Shown here piece by piece: positions 21,401 to 32,990 of a stretch of 64,000 nucleotides of DNA. Positions within the stretch are counted from its first letter, which is position 1, and each line of letters starts with the position of its first letter. A model generated the notes under the pieces. That model was not told the DNA's origin and made no database searches. It worked only from the letters and a program-made list of their open reading frames with translations. A program made the translations under genes and the position numbers. This DNA is from Xylographa opegraphella (Eukaryota): the NCBI GenBank assembly GCA_022813865.1, contig JALDZX010000062.1, positions 1 through 64,000 of the forward strand. The letters run 5' to 3'.

Positions 21401-21701
21401 GCAGATTAGGTCGTGACCTGCCCGCTTGCTCTTCGGCCTGCAGTATTTCCTGACAAGGCCGTCCAAGCTTCTGCTCTGGTTCGACGATGATGCCACGTCC
21501 GGAATAGTACCGTTTCCAACGCCCCACGGTCGCCGTTGGCATCCATATTATAGACGTTTTGCTCGTCCAATGCCAGCGACTCTGAAACTGCGATGTGACC
21601 TGACAGCAATGCAAGTACTTGCTCGCTGGCTGTACTATTCCGGTCAGAAACTTAGCAGTACTCGTTGCAGATAACTGCTCCCACAGAAGCTGCCGTTGCA
21701 T
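18411..21701 (-). CDS. Uncharacterised 1096-aa protein, probably mitochondrial and helical-repeat (PPR-like)
   Basis: Long uninterrupted ORF with a basic, Ser/Thr-rich N-terminus; helical segments such as PSQAVYYAMLEKL and PSPAELHALIRALG resemble degenerate PPR motifs. The function is inferred only. Confidence 0.7.
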   Translation of the reverse strand: MQRQLLWEQLSATSTAKFLTGIVQPASKYLHCCQVTSQFQSRWHWTSKTSIIWMPTATVGRWKRYYSGRGIIVEPEQKLGRPCQEILQAEEQAGRSRPNLQINTTRSKGVSESPSDLLTAALERGGYRSAIPGKYENKLDHTHTPPLSSNWQSSSTLSRRNQKYSSKDAENPPVHCTKAPHLTLQLILTRYLDLLHYPNYVQDSDDEVVINLRDASDEVILQVFNDTTIAYLRIKGYDPNDVQVWAWILTAKTSLEVALRIFAVSSQSNELSTYTASHIPTFVFLFVLRRTQMTTQALRLLVVHAWQRLGKTESSREVLAIRDLIEQRVPQSQRYKRCFKGPVENANLYQKMSETTIVIIVIRLLRHARKLWPAAFTSISTMITTQIHPTRGGQSLHEPLTLNEITSARLSFLYNKVLHLLSLPSSQHPYRAIPYHQRAQFNIISRMNDFEPALTINKEGYRAVVRVQLAHRRTIQEREWARMKAKSWPPWKEEKLGIDADVGIESGISRANESLSRFSEAGYGPQSWEGAAKVLSGWDSDRSPTIQTRTIPSRLTGQNRARGRNVSRKDAELESHIWAARIRATRTLHESWACFLAYQDQKAAPSQAVYYAMLEKLIFDVKRRRKEAKMKATLSSCTIVDRITAERSGEGKEVNDLPTDPRDGIYIRTLPPSVDDFFAMMVSTRIQPSGRCLAFLLSHAESLSEGFKYLRSSNLSPIVINTLLECKEAAVSLKRGILKQIPDLIFASYIRLLSRFGSVDFGHVVDMSKGYVTSIEQSAHSMSPLMQAFRLVYACKPSYRPPWYSLLSALTRSKVRLRLDDPAENIYGERIVTWGAMLRVVGQMQAAGIDLDFEGFHKICIGFEKAFVAAERILAEPRRQIRMTKGNSAVSHISSKGALKAWNCSRREAEEVLYHGSHTLKAMFKRLALSHLGDENLGKGTAERLRSKPELDNPINPSILLPRLLEVPSPAELHALIRALGLSRDYNGLHALILWMVHFAPELKAVADELRNGPELMRRCLIAARAFMDGSWFKLVAANEEQNKVVRGYAAEGDIDRVCMLIGQMEGWGGWPTDEEVETYCRGSKSFKRKDSIIAT

Positions 21702-22336
21702 TCACCAAGGGTTAAAGATGGATACTCATTCCACAGTCATAATGCTCTGTCCTGGCTTCATGAGATAGTCACCACATTGTCGTTCCCTATCCGTACCTCC
21801 GTAGACATTATTGTTTGCTTCCCGAAGGATCAGCACCGATCTGATTAGCGCCGGGAGTAGCCGGACCGGTCGAAATCTGTTGCAACTTGCTTGGGCCTTA
21901 GGAACCTTTCTTTAGAACAACTCCTAGATTCCAGAAAGGGTCGATTCTCGCTTGACCCGCGCGATATTCGCAAAGTTCAGAAGGCGGCGCTGCTGCTTCG
22001 CTGGGTCGGTGGGCCTTTTGACTCTTGACCTCTGTCGATTGTAAAAGATCTTGATCACCAAATCTGTCTACTCCTTTGCGACGTCGTGACAGTGTTCACA
22101 CCGGACCTCCAAGATGTGGTTTCCAGCGCATGCTCTATCAGTCTGACGATCAAAAACCCGGCAAACGATTTCGTTTTGGAGCTTCAAGCAGATTGATGAC
22201 CAGTGAGTACGACCATAAGCGACCTTGGGTGAAGCCAGAGCACGGGCTCCGCATCTGGAATCAGAAACAAATGCAAGCTGATATACCACGTTAGCTATCG
22301 CGAATTTGAGCGCGTTAGAACTAGGTAGTAATCGAA

Positions 22337-25160
22337 ATGTCGGTTACGAAAAGCGCCCCGGCTCGGACGTTCGATGGGGAGGAGCCGATGGGCGGTAGGG
22401 ATGCGGTCCACAGTGTTAGCAAACGCAAGCGCTCACAAGATAGCGAAGAGCAGGGTAGTAGTTTTGGCGGAAGATATCATGAGAGAGCGGAAGATGAGAA
22501 AAAGAAGAGAAAGGATAAATTTGATGAATTACTCATTGACCTACTTGAGGTCATGCGAGCGTGAGTTCATTCCAAACATGCGTATTGCGGAGCACCGAGA
22601 GAGCTAATGGACGCCGTCATTCAGGCGCGATACGACTCTTTCCGTATTTGAACTCCCTATACCCTTTACTGTGAGCGAGGAGCACTCAGCAAAGCGCATC
22701 AAGCTTTCAACGACTCAGACTGCAGCATCCATTGCATCTCAGATCGAAGCACATGCTTACAATCATATTGAAGAACTTGTCACAGATGTCGAATCTGTTA
22801 CATCCTCCATCATCGAAAATAAGCAAGATGCGGAACTGAGTAATGGTAGCATGCAGTATTGTGATAATCAGATCAAGGTACATCAGGTGGCCGCATTTAA
22901 AAAGCAGTTGGAAGATATAATACGACGTGAAAAGGCTCAGGATTCCGAGTTACTCACGGCGATATCAAATGGCAACACCTTTCCCGAAGACTCAAGTAAT
23001 ACTCAAGAGGAGGCTAAGATGCCCTCACCGTCGCTCGGTGCTGAAGTCCCAGGCGGGACAGTATTAACATTATACGGTAGCGCACCGACACCAAAACAGT
23101 TGTTCTCTAGTCTACAGGAGGTCGTGAGAACGAAATCTTCAAAAGCGTCCCAGACCTCATTACAGAACATTGGACTGGAAAACGAATCGTTCGTCATCGA
23201 AGCTACTTCTTTCACGCCCCCTTTACGAGAAGCGGCGCTTCCAAATGGAATTTCTACAACGAAAATTATTCCAGTCCACAGTGAGAAGGCCGTTGATGGT
23301 AAAGGACGTCCTCTGACTTTCGGTGATGTATTCGCACCGCCTTCGAATGTTCCTCCTTTGAACCCTCCTAAGCAGTCGCGGCATACAGCAACTCGAAGCC
23401 AATCCGTAAACTGGTACCACCCAGGTGAAGTCCCTACTCCAGCCAGATCAAATAGTACTCGGAAGACTTATACCGTTCAGCCACTGTCCACAGGCCAGTG
23501 GCTTGCCTATAACGTTGCGCCTTCGCTAGCTCAATTATCTACACCAGGCGAAAAACGCAAACAGCGAGATCGAGCTCTTAGTGTAGGCGAGTCGAAGGCC
23601 GCCCTACCAGAGGAGACTCTCATAGCACACCAACAAGCAAAGGATGATGCGCTTTTCAAAAGTGCATACTCAAGTTTTGCTCCTGATCATGATGACGCAG
23701 CAGCGGTTGTGCCACAGCAACTCAAAAACAGACTGTGGTGGAAACGACTTGGTGTCAAGAAATATGAGAGTCTTTTGAGCCAGGACGATCCAGACAACAT
23801 GGAAAATCTGATACCCTTTAATGAAATCCAGAACGCCAACGAAGACGAGCTATTCAAAGAGGCTGTTGAGTGTTGGGAGCCGGAAGAAATCCCTGCCGAT
23901 TTTGACAATACGAAGAAGCATTCAATCATTGCAAAGCCAGATGACAAAGATGTGGAAGAGATTTTGAGCAATGTTTCTGACCTTCTAGAAACAATGGACT
24001 CATACCAACGTGTGAGAAACCTCTCTCTCGCAGGTAATGCACGAACAGTTGCCAGTCAAAATGCACAGCTCACAGCAATGACTGGCAGCCCAACGTCACC
24101 CTCATCTGAGGAATTTGACATGTACAAGATTCTCGAATCTCAGTTGATTTTAATCATATCATCATTGCCACCTTATGCCGTGGCAAAGCTGAATGGCCAT
24201 CATCTGGACGCATTGAACATTAGTACCAGGATCCAACGGGAAGGTAAGAATCACAAGGGCACGATGGAAGACTATGATTTCGTTCCTAAAGCTAGACCGC
24301 CGGTTCCAGCTGCAGCTACCGGCTCTCCTGCACGTACTGCACCTCAGATCAATGTGTCCGGAAGATCTGGGAACTACCAGGCGTCTCTAAGTACTCCAGC
24401 TCAACGTGTGGCTTATGCTTCATCCGCTAGACCAAATGCACCAACAGCGACCTATCCGACTCATCAATATAGCAATAGACCAACACCAACTGCAAGCCAG
24501 TACGGTTCCTACAGTGCGCAACAACCAGCCGCCCGGAATTCTTATTCTGCACATCAGTATGGAACACCGATGTCTCAAACTCATGCCAATCAATACACCA
24601 ATGGCAACCGTCAATATCCTGCACAGGGATATCACGGAATACAGTACAATGGCAGTCAAAGTTCGGCATCTCCAGGACCTGTGCAAGGTTCTCAATACCA
24701 AAGGCCCAGTCAGCCCGGGTACCAACAGCGTGCTCAGAATTCCCAATCATATGGCTACGGTCTAACATCATCCACCGCTAGGAGTGCATCCCCTCAGCAT
24801 CCAGCAGCGGCGTATACTGCTCAAACTCCTGGTCGAGCGGGATACACGGCACCAGCCACGAATTACGTTTCACCTCGTTCCCAACTCCCTCATGCACCAC
24901 CATCGAGCACAGCCAGCGCTTCCCCACTTCCGGCAACGAACGGTGTGGCTGGAACGATAGGCCAGCAGCTGGGTCTCAGTGCGGAGGAGCAAGCAGTATT
25001 GATGCTTCGCAATAAAGAAATGCTCCAGCGAAATGTGATGCACAGCCCTAGGCAAGAATCCGACACTTCGCAGCCGACGCACGGACAGGAGGTCGGCCAC
25101 AGTAATGGGACGAGCGTTCAGCAGCCAAATGGGACCGTAGCAGACCCGGCAGGTCCATAA
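22337..25160 (+). CDS. Uncharacterised, probably nuclear protein with a Q/Y/P/S-rich C-terminus; intron 22561-22624
   Basis: The GTGAGT..CAG intron joins the 22337 and 22671 ORFs in frame; basic NLS-like stretches (KRKR, KKKRK); globular motifs LTLYGSAPTPKQLFSSLQ, AYSSFAP and LPPYAVAKL. Confidence 0.8.
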
Positions 25161-26103
25161 TGCCCTAGGGAAGCAGGCACCGTATAACAGATCTTTCTTG
25201 TAGTCGCGGAGTCTTCCTTTGTTGATGGTCACGATTCAACCCATTGTGGTTCACGGCGGCCATCGGGTGATCATCTGGCCTCTCGGCGATTGAGAAAGGT
25301 GATGGATGAGGTTAAATGTGTGGGACTTTGCTTTGTAATTTAGTGGCATTTGTAGCATAATGGAATACAGATGATGGTCGCCAATGGGATTTGTACCTAC
25401 ACATAGTAGCAGTGAAAATGATCGTCGCACGCCGGATTCCGGATGTAGACTGGTTGGACGGCCGGGCGTTTTGGGCGGACCTAAAGGTGCAAGGAGCACA
25501 GAGGAAACGTATCACGTTCATCTTGTATGCGTCGACAAGTCATCGGTAAGCGAACTAATGTACGGAGTCCGCAAGACCGCCAATGCCATCATCGCGGTGC
25601 AGCAACTTGGCGATAAGCTGCCATTCCGTGATGCGGCCTACTGCAGCAAATCCCACGTTCTCAGCCAATCTCTCACGCTCCTGCTGAAGAAGCGTTCAAG
25701 CCGAAGCAGGCGAGACCTCTCTGCGCACTGTTGATGTGGCAGGCTAGGATAATTGCGAAGAGCTTTCTCGTCCTCGCTGTGCCATGTTTCAGGTCGCCTT
25801 GCTGCTACGGCGGGTGTCATATTCGTTGGTCCTGGCATTTATGCTATCGTTCATGAATATGATTGTCATTTGATCATCTTATTTCCTCCTTCTAATTAGT
25901 TCTACTGTCCTTCATTTTGTTTGTCGCTTGTGCTGTGTAACCTTGGGCATCAACCCCGGTGTTTCTGCCCATCCAAGTCACGTCAGAACTGACACGGCTC
26001 CTTTCTTAAAATAAGGTTAAGTCGCTACGATACGATTGCTTCCACGATCACGAAATCGAATACAACATTATTGAACCCTAACGTTGTCATTGTGCTGCTC
26101 GGC

Positions 26104-27737
26104 ATGGCGTCCATCATCAATCGTAGCTCCCGCTCCAGACGGATGCCCGTCCGGAAAAGACCATCGGAGGCCTCCATGTTCTCCATTCTCACTCACAACT
26201 CAAATGGCTCGAACGGTTCGAATACTACTGTGACACCGCAGTCCATTGCAAAGGTCAGGCAGCCTTCCTCGAAGCCGGTGGCTTCTCGGAAATCAGCGGC
26301 TACGCGGCCAACAAAGAAGAAGGCTTCACAATCGGCTCCAATCATGCCACCGGTGGAAGAGCGACCAAACGTCTTTGAGTTCATAGTCGAAGATGAGGAA
26401 GAAGGGATCGGGCGCGGTAATGCAGTCGAGCTGGATGGGGCTCAAACTACACAGTCTGTACGCATTAGGACCACATCTATATCATCAAGCTCCTCTGCGG
26501 AACGGACATACTATACAAGGTCAAGATCCACACAAGACGATCGACATCACCGCTGGAATGAGCGGAGCTTCCCCTCTGGGAGTTCTTTCACAGATTCGGG
26601 CATCTCCGTACGTTCGAGCAGTCCCGAACGAGATTCTTCTGCCATCCGTCACAAGGTCTTGGAACTTCCGGCCGATAATGGCAACTGCAAGGAAGTCGAA
26701 GACGGCGGACCAAACGATTACACTGATCGTTTTGCTACAAGTCCAAGGGTGCTGGAACCATTCGATGGCGGCCCTGAAACAAGCCCGGAGGTATTCTATC
26801 GGATGCCATCTCGACCAAGCTTTCAGGACGACGGGTTTGATGTTTCTATTGGTCAACTACCATCTCGCAGGAGCAATTGCATTGTCGACGAGATACAAGC
26901 TAAAGCTCATGCCACAAGTGAGGATAGTGTACGTTTCGACCGCAATGGTCTTGCGTCGCATATCTCCTTAGATCGTGCAGCGGGGCTCAAGCCTATCTAC
27001 CGCAAATTCGAGAAATTAAATAATCGAGCGCTACTACATTTGCAGAGTGAAATTTCTGGACTGGAAATACAGCTAGAAAATGTAGACAAAGTATTTGCTG
27101 ATACCAGCAAAGCCAGCGAGTCAGGGGCGAGATCTGCCGATGTGGCCAGTTACAATCCACAGCGCCTTCAATGGCAACGCGCAGAGCTTATGCGTCAGAT
27201 ATTGACGAATCTGGAACGCTACAGTGAGTTGACGTTGCGGAACTTATCACGACTTACTGAATGTGAGCAGACAACGCTTTATCATCATACAGCCGCTTAT
27301 CCGAACACGTTGGTACTGCATCGGAGAAAGATATCTGTTCTTATAAAGAGTGGATCAATCAGGACTCTTTGCTGATAGCTGCACGAACTGCCTTTCACAA
27401 CCACCACGAAGACTTGGTGACCATAGTCACCAAGAATAACTTTAAGGCAACCAGTTCTGAGAAATCAGCGGCCGTTACAGGCTCCACTTTATTGATAACC
27501 ATAGTAGCCTTCAGGATAATGCCACAATTCATTTCTCGTCTTGTTTTCGGAATCGTCATCGGACTTGCCATGTCTTGCTCCGGAATACCATCGACTAGTA
27601 TGCATAGGCACTGCCTCCGAGAATACGGACAGCGCGCATTCTTGTAAGTATGGCTCTTGGTGATGCTAATACATGCTGATGTACGATGAAACAGATATGC
27701 GTGTATAATGGTTGTCCTTGCAGTGGCCATTGCTTAA
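26104..27737 (+). CDS. DUF6594-like membrane protein with a disordered N-terminus, 3 exons
   Basis: PIYRKFEKLNNRALLHLQSEISGLEIQLE motif and C-terminal hydrophobic helices; introns at about 27224-27270 and 27645-27694. Confidence 0.75.
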
Positions 27738-28674
27738 ATCCTATATTGTCTTCGTTCAGACGCGAAAAGACCGCAGGCTTGACAGGACTGTGGAGACGTC
27801 CTTGCTCATGACCAGTTATTAAAGTGTAGGAGCGTTCTCGAGCCCAGGAGTCCGGTAGCCAGGAACGTGCGAGAATCTGGAGACTGGTACTTGCAGCTTC
27901 TCAGTAACCGGTAGCTTGTAAGTGTGACAGTCCGAAATAGTTCAAGCCTCTCTTCCGCACCCTGCAGTATAGGAAAAGAATAGGGAGAGAAATAACTAAT
28001 ATTTGTCCAAGCAGACAGTCTGATGCCGCACGCCGGAGTTCGGTCCTCACAAATGCCAGAAGTGGTAAGAGGAAGTGCCAAGGTAGAGACGACTGTGTCC
28101 GTGAGAAGCGCCGGGACACAGCCACATGAAACACTAAGCTGTTTGTAGCACTACACACTAGTGGCTGCCCGCCAATGAGGCGGCTCCCTTAGCGCCGTGT
28201 GGGCGGAGCGGGTTTACGTTCCGCGGCTGTGCTTCCAAAGACTTGTCCATCGGCGCCTGAGTCTCGGCGCTAATGCTGTGTCACTCGAGTGCGACATTGG
28301 AACACCGCCACCATTATCGTAGATACGCCGTTCGGGTCGATGATCTGTCCGTTAACTTATGTGGCACGATTCGGGAACATGCTTACCGTGGTGTCCTTGT
28401 GTGGGACATGACAGTGTCTAGGCTGAGGCTCGGCCACAAGGAACCTGACCCTGGCCTACCAGCAATGATTGTGCCATGCAAGTCACCGAAAGTCTTGCTC
28501 CAACAAAAAGCAATCTGACGGAATGTTTCGCCCTCTCGCTCTGCGGGAGCACCTTCTTATATATGCAGGCCTGCTCCACTGCCTTTCTTTCAGGTTCCAA
28601 CAGGCGCTTGTCTCGACAACTTGTCCCAACACCCATTATCCTGCTCCTGTCGTTACTACTACTTTCTAGCAGCA

Positions 28675-29801
28675 ATGACGGTACGATATGTCCGGCAATC
28701 GTTCGATCCCTCCTGTCCTACTGGTGGCACTTTTGTCGCCTGTGATTACGGCTCCATGTTCGTAGGATGTTGTACCGGCGACAATCCATGCGCCGATACC
28801 GGCTGCTCGGCCGGAGACCTTCAACCCGCAAGCTTTGTGCCCAGCGCCTACGGCACATTCTCCGATCAACTATGCAACGCCGGGAGCCAGTGGTTCACCT
28901 GCGTTGGCACCAACCCTTCGTTCCTGGGTTGTTGTCAATCGGATGCGTGCGCGTCCAATGGCTGTCCAGCTCAGGATCTGACGCCTGGAATCCTTCAATC
29001 GGTACCAGCACTAAACTCGGTCTACGATCCCGTTCCGAAGCCCAGTACAACGTCTCCCGCGGCAACGTCATTCACGAGTGCGCCAGTGTCTATTTCGATG
29101 ACAACCAGTGTCCCTACATTGCGAACATCTACCACTGGCGTTTCCAAATCAACGGGCACATTGGCCGGAGCCGCCGCCAGCTCCAGCCCTTCTCCCGAAA
29201 CCGACACCTCGCAAAACTCCTCCGGTTCCCATACAGCAGCCATTGCTGGCGGAGTCGTCCGCGGTGTCGCTGTACTTGCCTTCCTTCTCGCCATCCTGCT
29301 CTGGTACTGCCGTCGTAATGTGCGCGCCTCCCGGCGACATATGGACGATTCTCGAGCTTTCTCCGGTATGGCGGGCCTTGCTGCCAGCGATAAAGCCTCT
29401 CACCCCGAAAAACCTTCCCCATCTGGTAAGTCCCCTTCGGCTCCAGGCTCACTTATATTGCTATGTCCTTGTGCTGATCATCTATAGTATACGCCTACCG
29501 AACACCCGACTCCGTAAAACCACCCCAATCCGCCGCTACATCGTCGCCCCCACCTGCGTATCACTACCATGCGAAGCTACATAATGAGTCTTCACCCATG
29601 CCGTCGTTCCAGGGGTTGCCGTCACGGCCGCAGTCGTTTCATAGGATAGGAATTAGAAATCAAGACGAATTGCATATGGGCGAGACAGAGCGGTTCGTGA
29701 CGGTTTCGCCGGCGCTATCGGCAAGGAGTCCGGTGCCGTATCGGGACGTGGACTTGTCGGAGCTGGATGGTGTGGGTGGGAGTGGAAGTGGAATAAAGTA
29801 G
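28675..29801 (+). CDS. Single-pass membrane protein: two Cys-rich repeats, Ser/Thr stalk, TM helix and cytoplasmic tail; intron 29426-29488
   Basis: CPTGGTFVAC..FVGCC..NPC..GC is repeated as CNAGSQWFTC..FLGCC..AC..GC; TM segment AIAGGVVRGVAVLAFLLAILLWYCRR; the spliced tail contains PPAY and SELDG. The start codon is uncertain. Confidence 0.78.
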
Positions 29802-31076
29802 ACAAAAGCAGTTTGGCATTCAGCTGTTCATGTGTGTGGTCGGAGACATAATAACATCTCACTAATCCTGCAAGATGCCTATATGTTTGGCTGGGATACC
29901 CTCGCCGTTACTTCACAAATGATCGTCACGAAGTTGTAAGCGCTACAGATAAGAAGTCCAGGCACTTTAACGAATTCCTGTTCTTGCCAACATCGCCGAT
30001 GCGAAACACTCTGCTGAAGACTTCATTCGCGAAGCGAGGCGTTCTGATACTTGTTCACTCGACACCACTGGCCAAGTGCAAGTGCCCAAGAGGCTTCAGT
30101 GGTACGGAGTCCTTCAGCAAGGGTTGACTAGGTTACATACGACGCACTTCAGTATACGTTTTGCTCTGCAACCGTTTCTGAGCCAATGCCACCAGTCACC
30201 CGTCCTCTGGATGTCAATGCACCGTAGTCGAACGAAGAACGACTTTTACAACTGGAAATAAACGTCCGTTGGAGATTAGATCCCTTGAGGTGATCTCCTT
30301 ATGAACCTCGTACTGAATCCAAGCATCCACCGCCACCGCTACCGCGAATGTCCCATTGAGAAGCCGTGGCCTCGCAGAGTCCCAGTATTCCATCACCACA
30401 CTCCAAGTCCGATGTGATTGACAGCTCGGGGGCCGAGCTTGAGAACTGAGGCCATGTTCAAAAAAACTTGCAGTAATTGAGAGGGTACCCAAAGCGGTTT
30501 CAGGCCGACTGTTCAGAGCAGCGGTATTAGGGCAGTTCGTCGACCCGTGGCACCGTTATTGTGCAAGTCAAGTGTAGAGATTGAGACTGTCTCGGCTGTG
30601 TCTTTCGATGGCTGAGTCGAGTTCGACACACCATTCAAGCGCTTGTGCGGATTTGGTGACCCCCCACGAGTTTTCGGGGACCCAGAATTTCAGTCGCATA
30701 CCTAGGTACGGACGTATAGGCACAGCTGGAAACGTGCTGATGCACATTTCCTGGGCAAGTGGTCGAGCGGAGTAAGCGGGACTGGGAGTAATGGATGATG
30801 GTAAGTTGATTGGGCTAGCCACTCCTTGAGATTATGAATGACAATGCAAGCGCGGGAAATTCATCGTCTGTACTGGGGCCAACAAGAAGACATTTCTGGT
30901 TGATTTTGAAATCCGCGGACGAGCTTACTCGTGATACAAGATACTGTCATCACTGTATAAGAATATCGGACATTTTATACATACATGCCGTTGAGATTCG
31001 TTCCATCATGGGCCCCCCTGCTTTTCTCTACCCAATTCCTCCACCCGTATTATTATGTGCTCTGTTTCATCACGGT

Positions 31077-32232
31077 CTAGAGAAGTGTGTCCCCTAAGGC
31101 ACACCTGACAAGTGAGCACCCAGCCCGTATAGTTTCCTGCGCTCCTACCGCCTCCAACGACGGGTTAACCTCCACCAGGTCCATAGCCACGAGGCTCCCC
31201 GTCTCATGTACACACTCGGCGATATAGTCTCCTTCTCGGAGTGTGAGACCGCCACGTACCGGGGTGCCGGTACTCGGAGCCCATTGCGGGTCAAGCCCAT
31301 CCACGTCGAAGGAAAGATGGATCGGGGTCTCGAGACCAATGTAAGTGAGGGCAAGTTCCATCACGCGACCGATACCGTGCCTGTGTAGATTGAATATGAG
31401 CAAAGTGACCCAGCTGTGTTGGAAGCCAGACGTATATGAAGGAAGGGAAATGAAGCATGGCCGGAGGAGAAGTACCTGTCTATATCATGCATGCTGAAGG
31501 CTTTGATGCCATGCTTCCTCAGTATTTCCTTCTCACCACGGTCCACGTCTCTTAGTCCAATGTACACAAGCTTCTTCAAGCCAAGCACTCCTCCCCCCTC
31601 TTCCTCTGAACGCCCTCCTGCTTTTCCTAACCATCCGAACACATCATCTTTGTCTTCCTTCGCCAGACCCGTCAAGAACGCTACCGGCATGCCATGGATG
31701 TTCCCACTCGCGCTTGTCTCCGGTGTGTTGATGTCCGCGTGCGCATCTACCCAGATGACAGCTATATCTCGACCCAGTCGCTCCTTGATAGCTCGGCTGG
31801 TGCCCGCGATCGTCCCGATGGCGATGGAGTGGTCACCACCGAGTGTAAGGACGAGGCGACCAGCAGACGCGTGGCTGTAGACTTCGGAAGCGAGGGCCTT
31901 GGTGACGGCCGAGACCGTTCTGGGGTTCTTCATGTTCCGATAAGGGGCATCCGATTGCGGGATGAGTGAAGAAAATGTATGAACTTGGTTGTCATGGTGG
32001 ACATCGTAGCCCAGGTCTACGGAAAGCTGCGTGAGTAGCCCAGCATCGATCAGTGCTGTCGGAGCAGCATCCACTCCAGATTTGCCCTAATACAAGTCTT
32101 AACATGAGAGGGTACACTGGTAGGCGATAGTTTGCAAAATCCCACCTGTCCACCAGAAAAGCCAACAGCGACAACGCCGAGTTCGTTAGGTTGAGACAGA
32201 AATTTCGGAGTAATGGTCGAAGGGGATGTCAT
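31077..32232 (-). CDS. CAR1: Arginase, 3 exons
   Basis: Mn-binding motifs [23 protein letters not shown] and [11 protein letters not shown], plus [11 protein letters not shown] and DLVEVNP. Confidence 0.97.
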
Positions 32233-32990
32233 GCTTGAAGCACTTTGGCAAGTTTTCCAGCTAAAGGCGGTGGATTGAATTATGATGTCTGCACACTATC
32301 GACAACTGATATGTCAAGCCACCGGCTGTGTGAGTGGAGCGCGAATAAAAAGTAAGGACGGCAAATACTGATCGAGCCAGGAGACTGACACTTGTAGTGA
32401 GCGACTGAACGAAAGGCTAGGAAGGAGCGCCGATTAGAACAAGAGGGACGGATTCTTGGGAAAGGGAAAGGAGCGAGGAGCCACCGCACAGTGGGTTGGA
32501 CACGAGATCAAAAAGATGCTCCGGTGGTGGGACGCTCGCGAAGAACTGCACTTCGGGGAAATGGTTGTTCCGGAGCCTAGAGCTCTAAGTGCAGGTCCCA
32601 CGACGTTGCTTCCCCAGAGGACAAGTTTAGGAGGTCGAGTGGATCACGCGATAGCTGCCCATTACACATAGATTCCTACGGCTTGGATACTACAAATTGG
32701 TCGCAGGCGATCATTCCATCCGGTGCGGTGTGAACGATAAGCATGAGCATGCCCGGTATTTTAGTACAAGAGCGAAGCATGAGCTTTGGTAACGGCAAGA
32801 TGCGGCTACGGATCTGAAAGCCGTTGGCTCTATGTCTGCCCAAATCTCACGGTCCGCCAGATGCAGAACACGGTCTACAGTATATTGCGAGGTCACCCAT
32901 GAATTCCTAGCCGAATCCGGCAGTCTTCATGAACCACGAAAACTCCATACTTTGGCCGGTGTCAATGCGAAGGGTGAGAGCCATCCGACT

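Noticed and set aside
30214..30860. Short minus-strand ORFs that might be a decayed secreted-protein gene
   Set aside because: No recognisable motif, so they cannot be distinguished from random ORFs.
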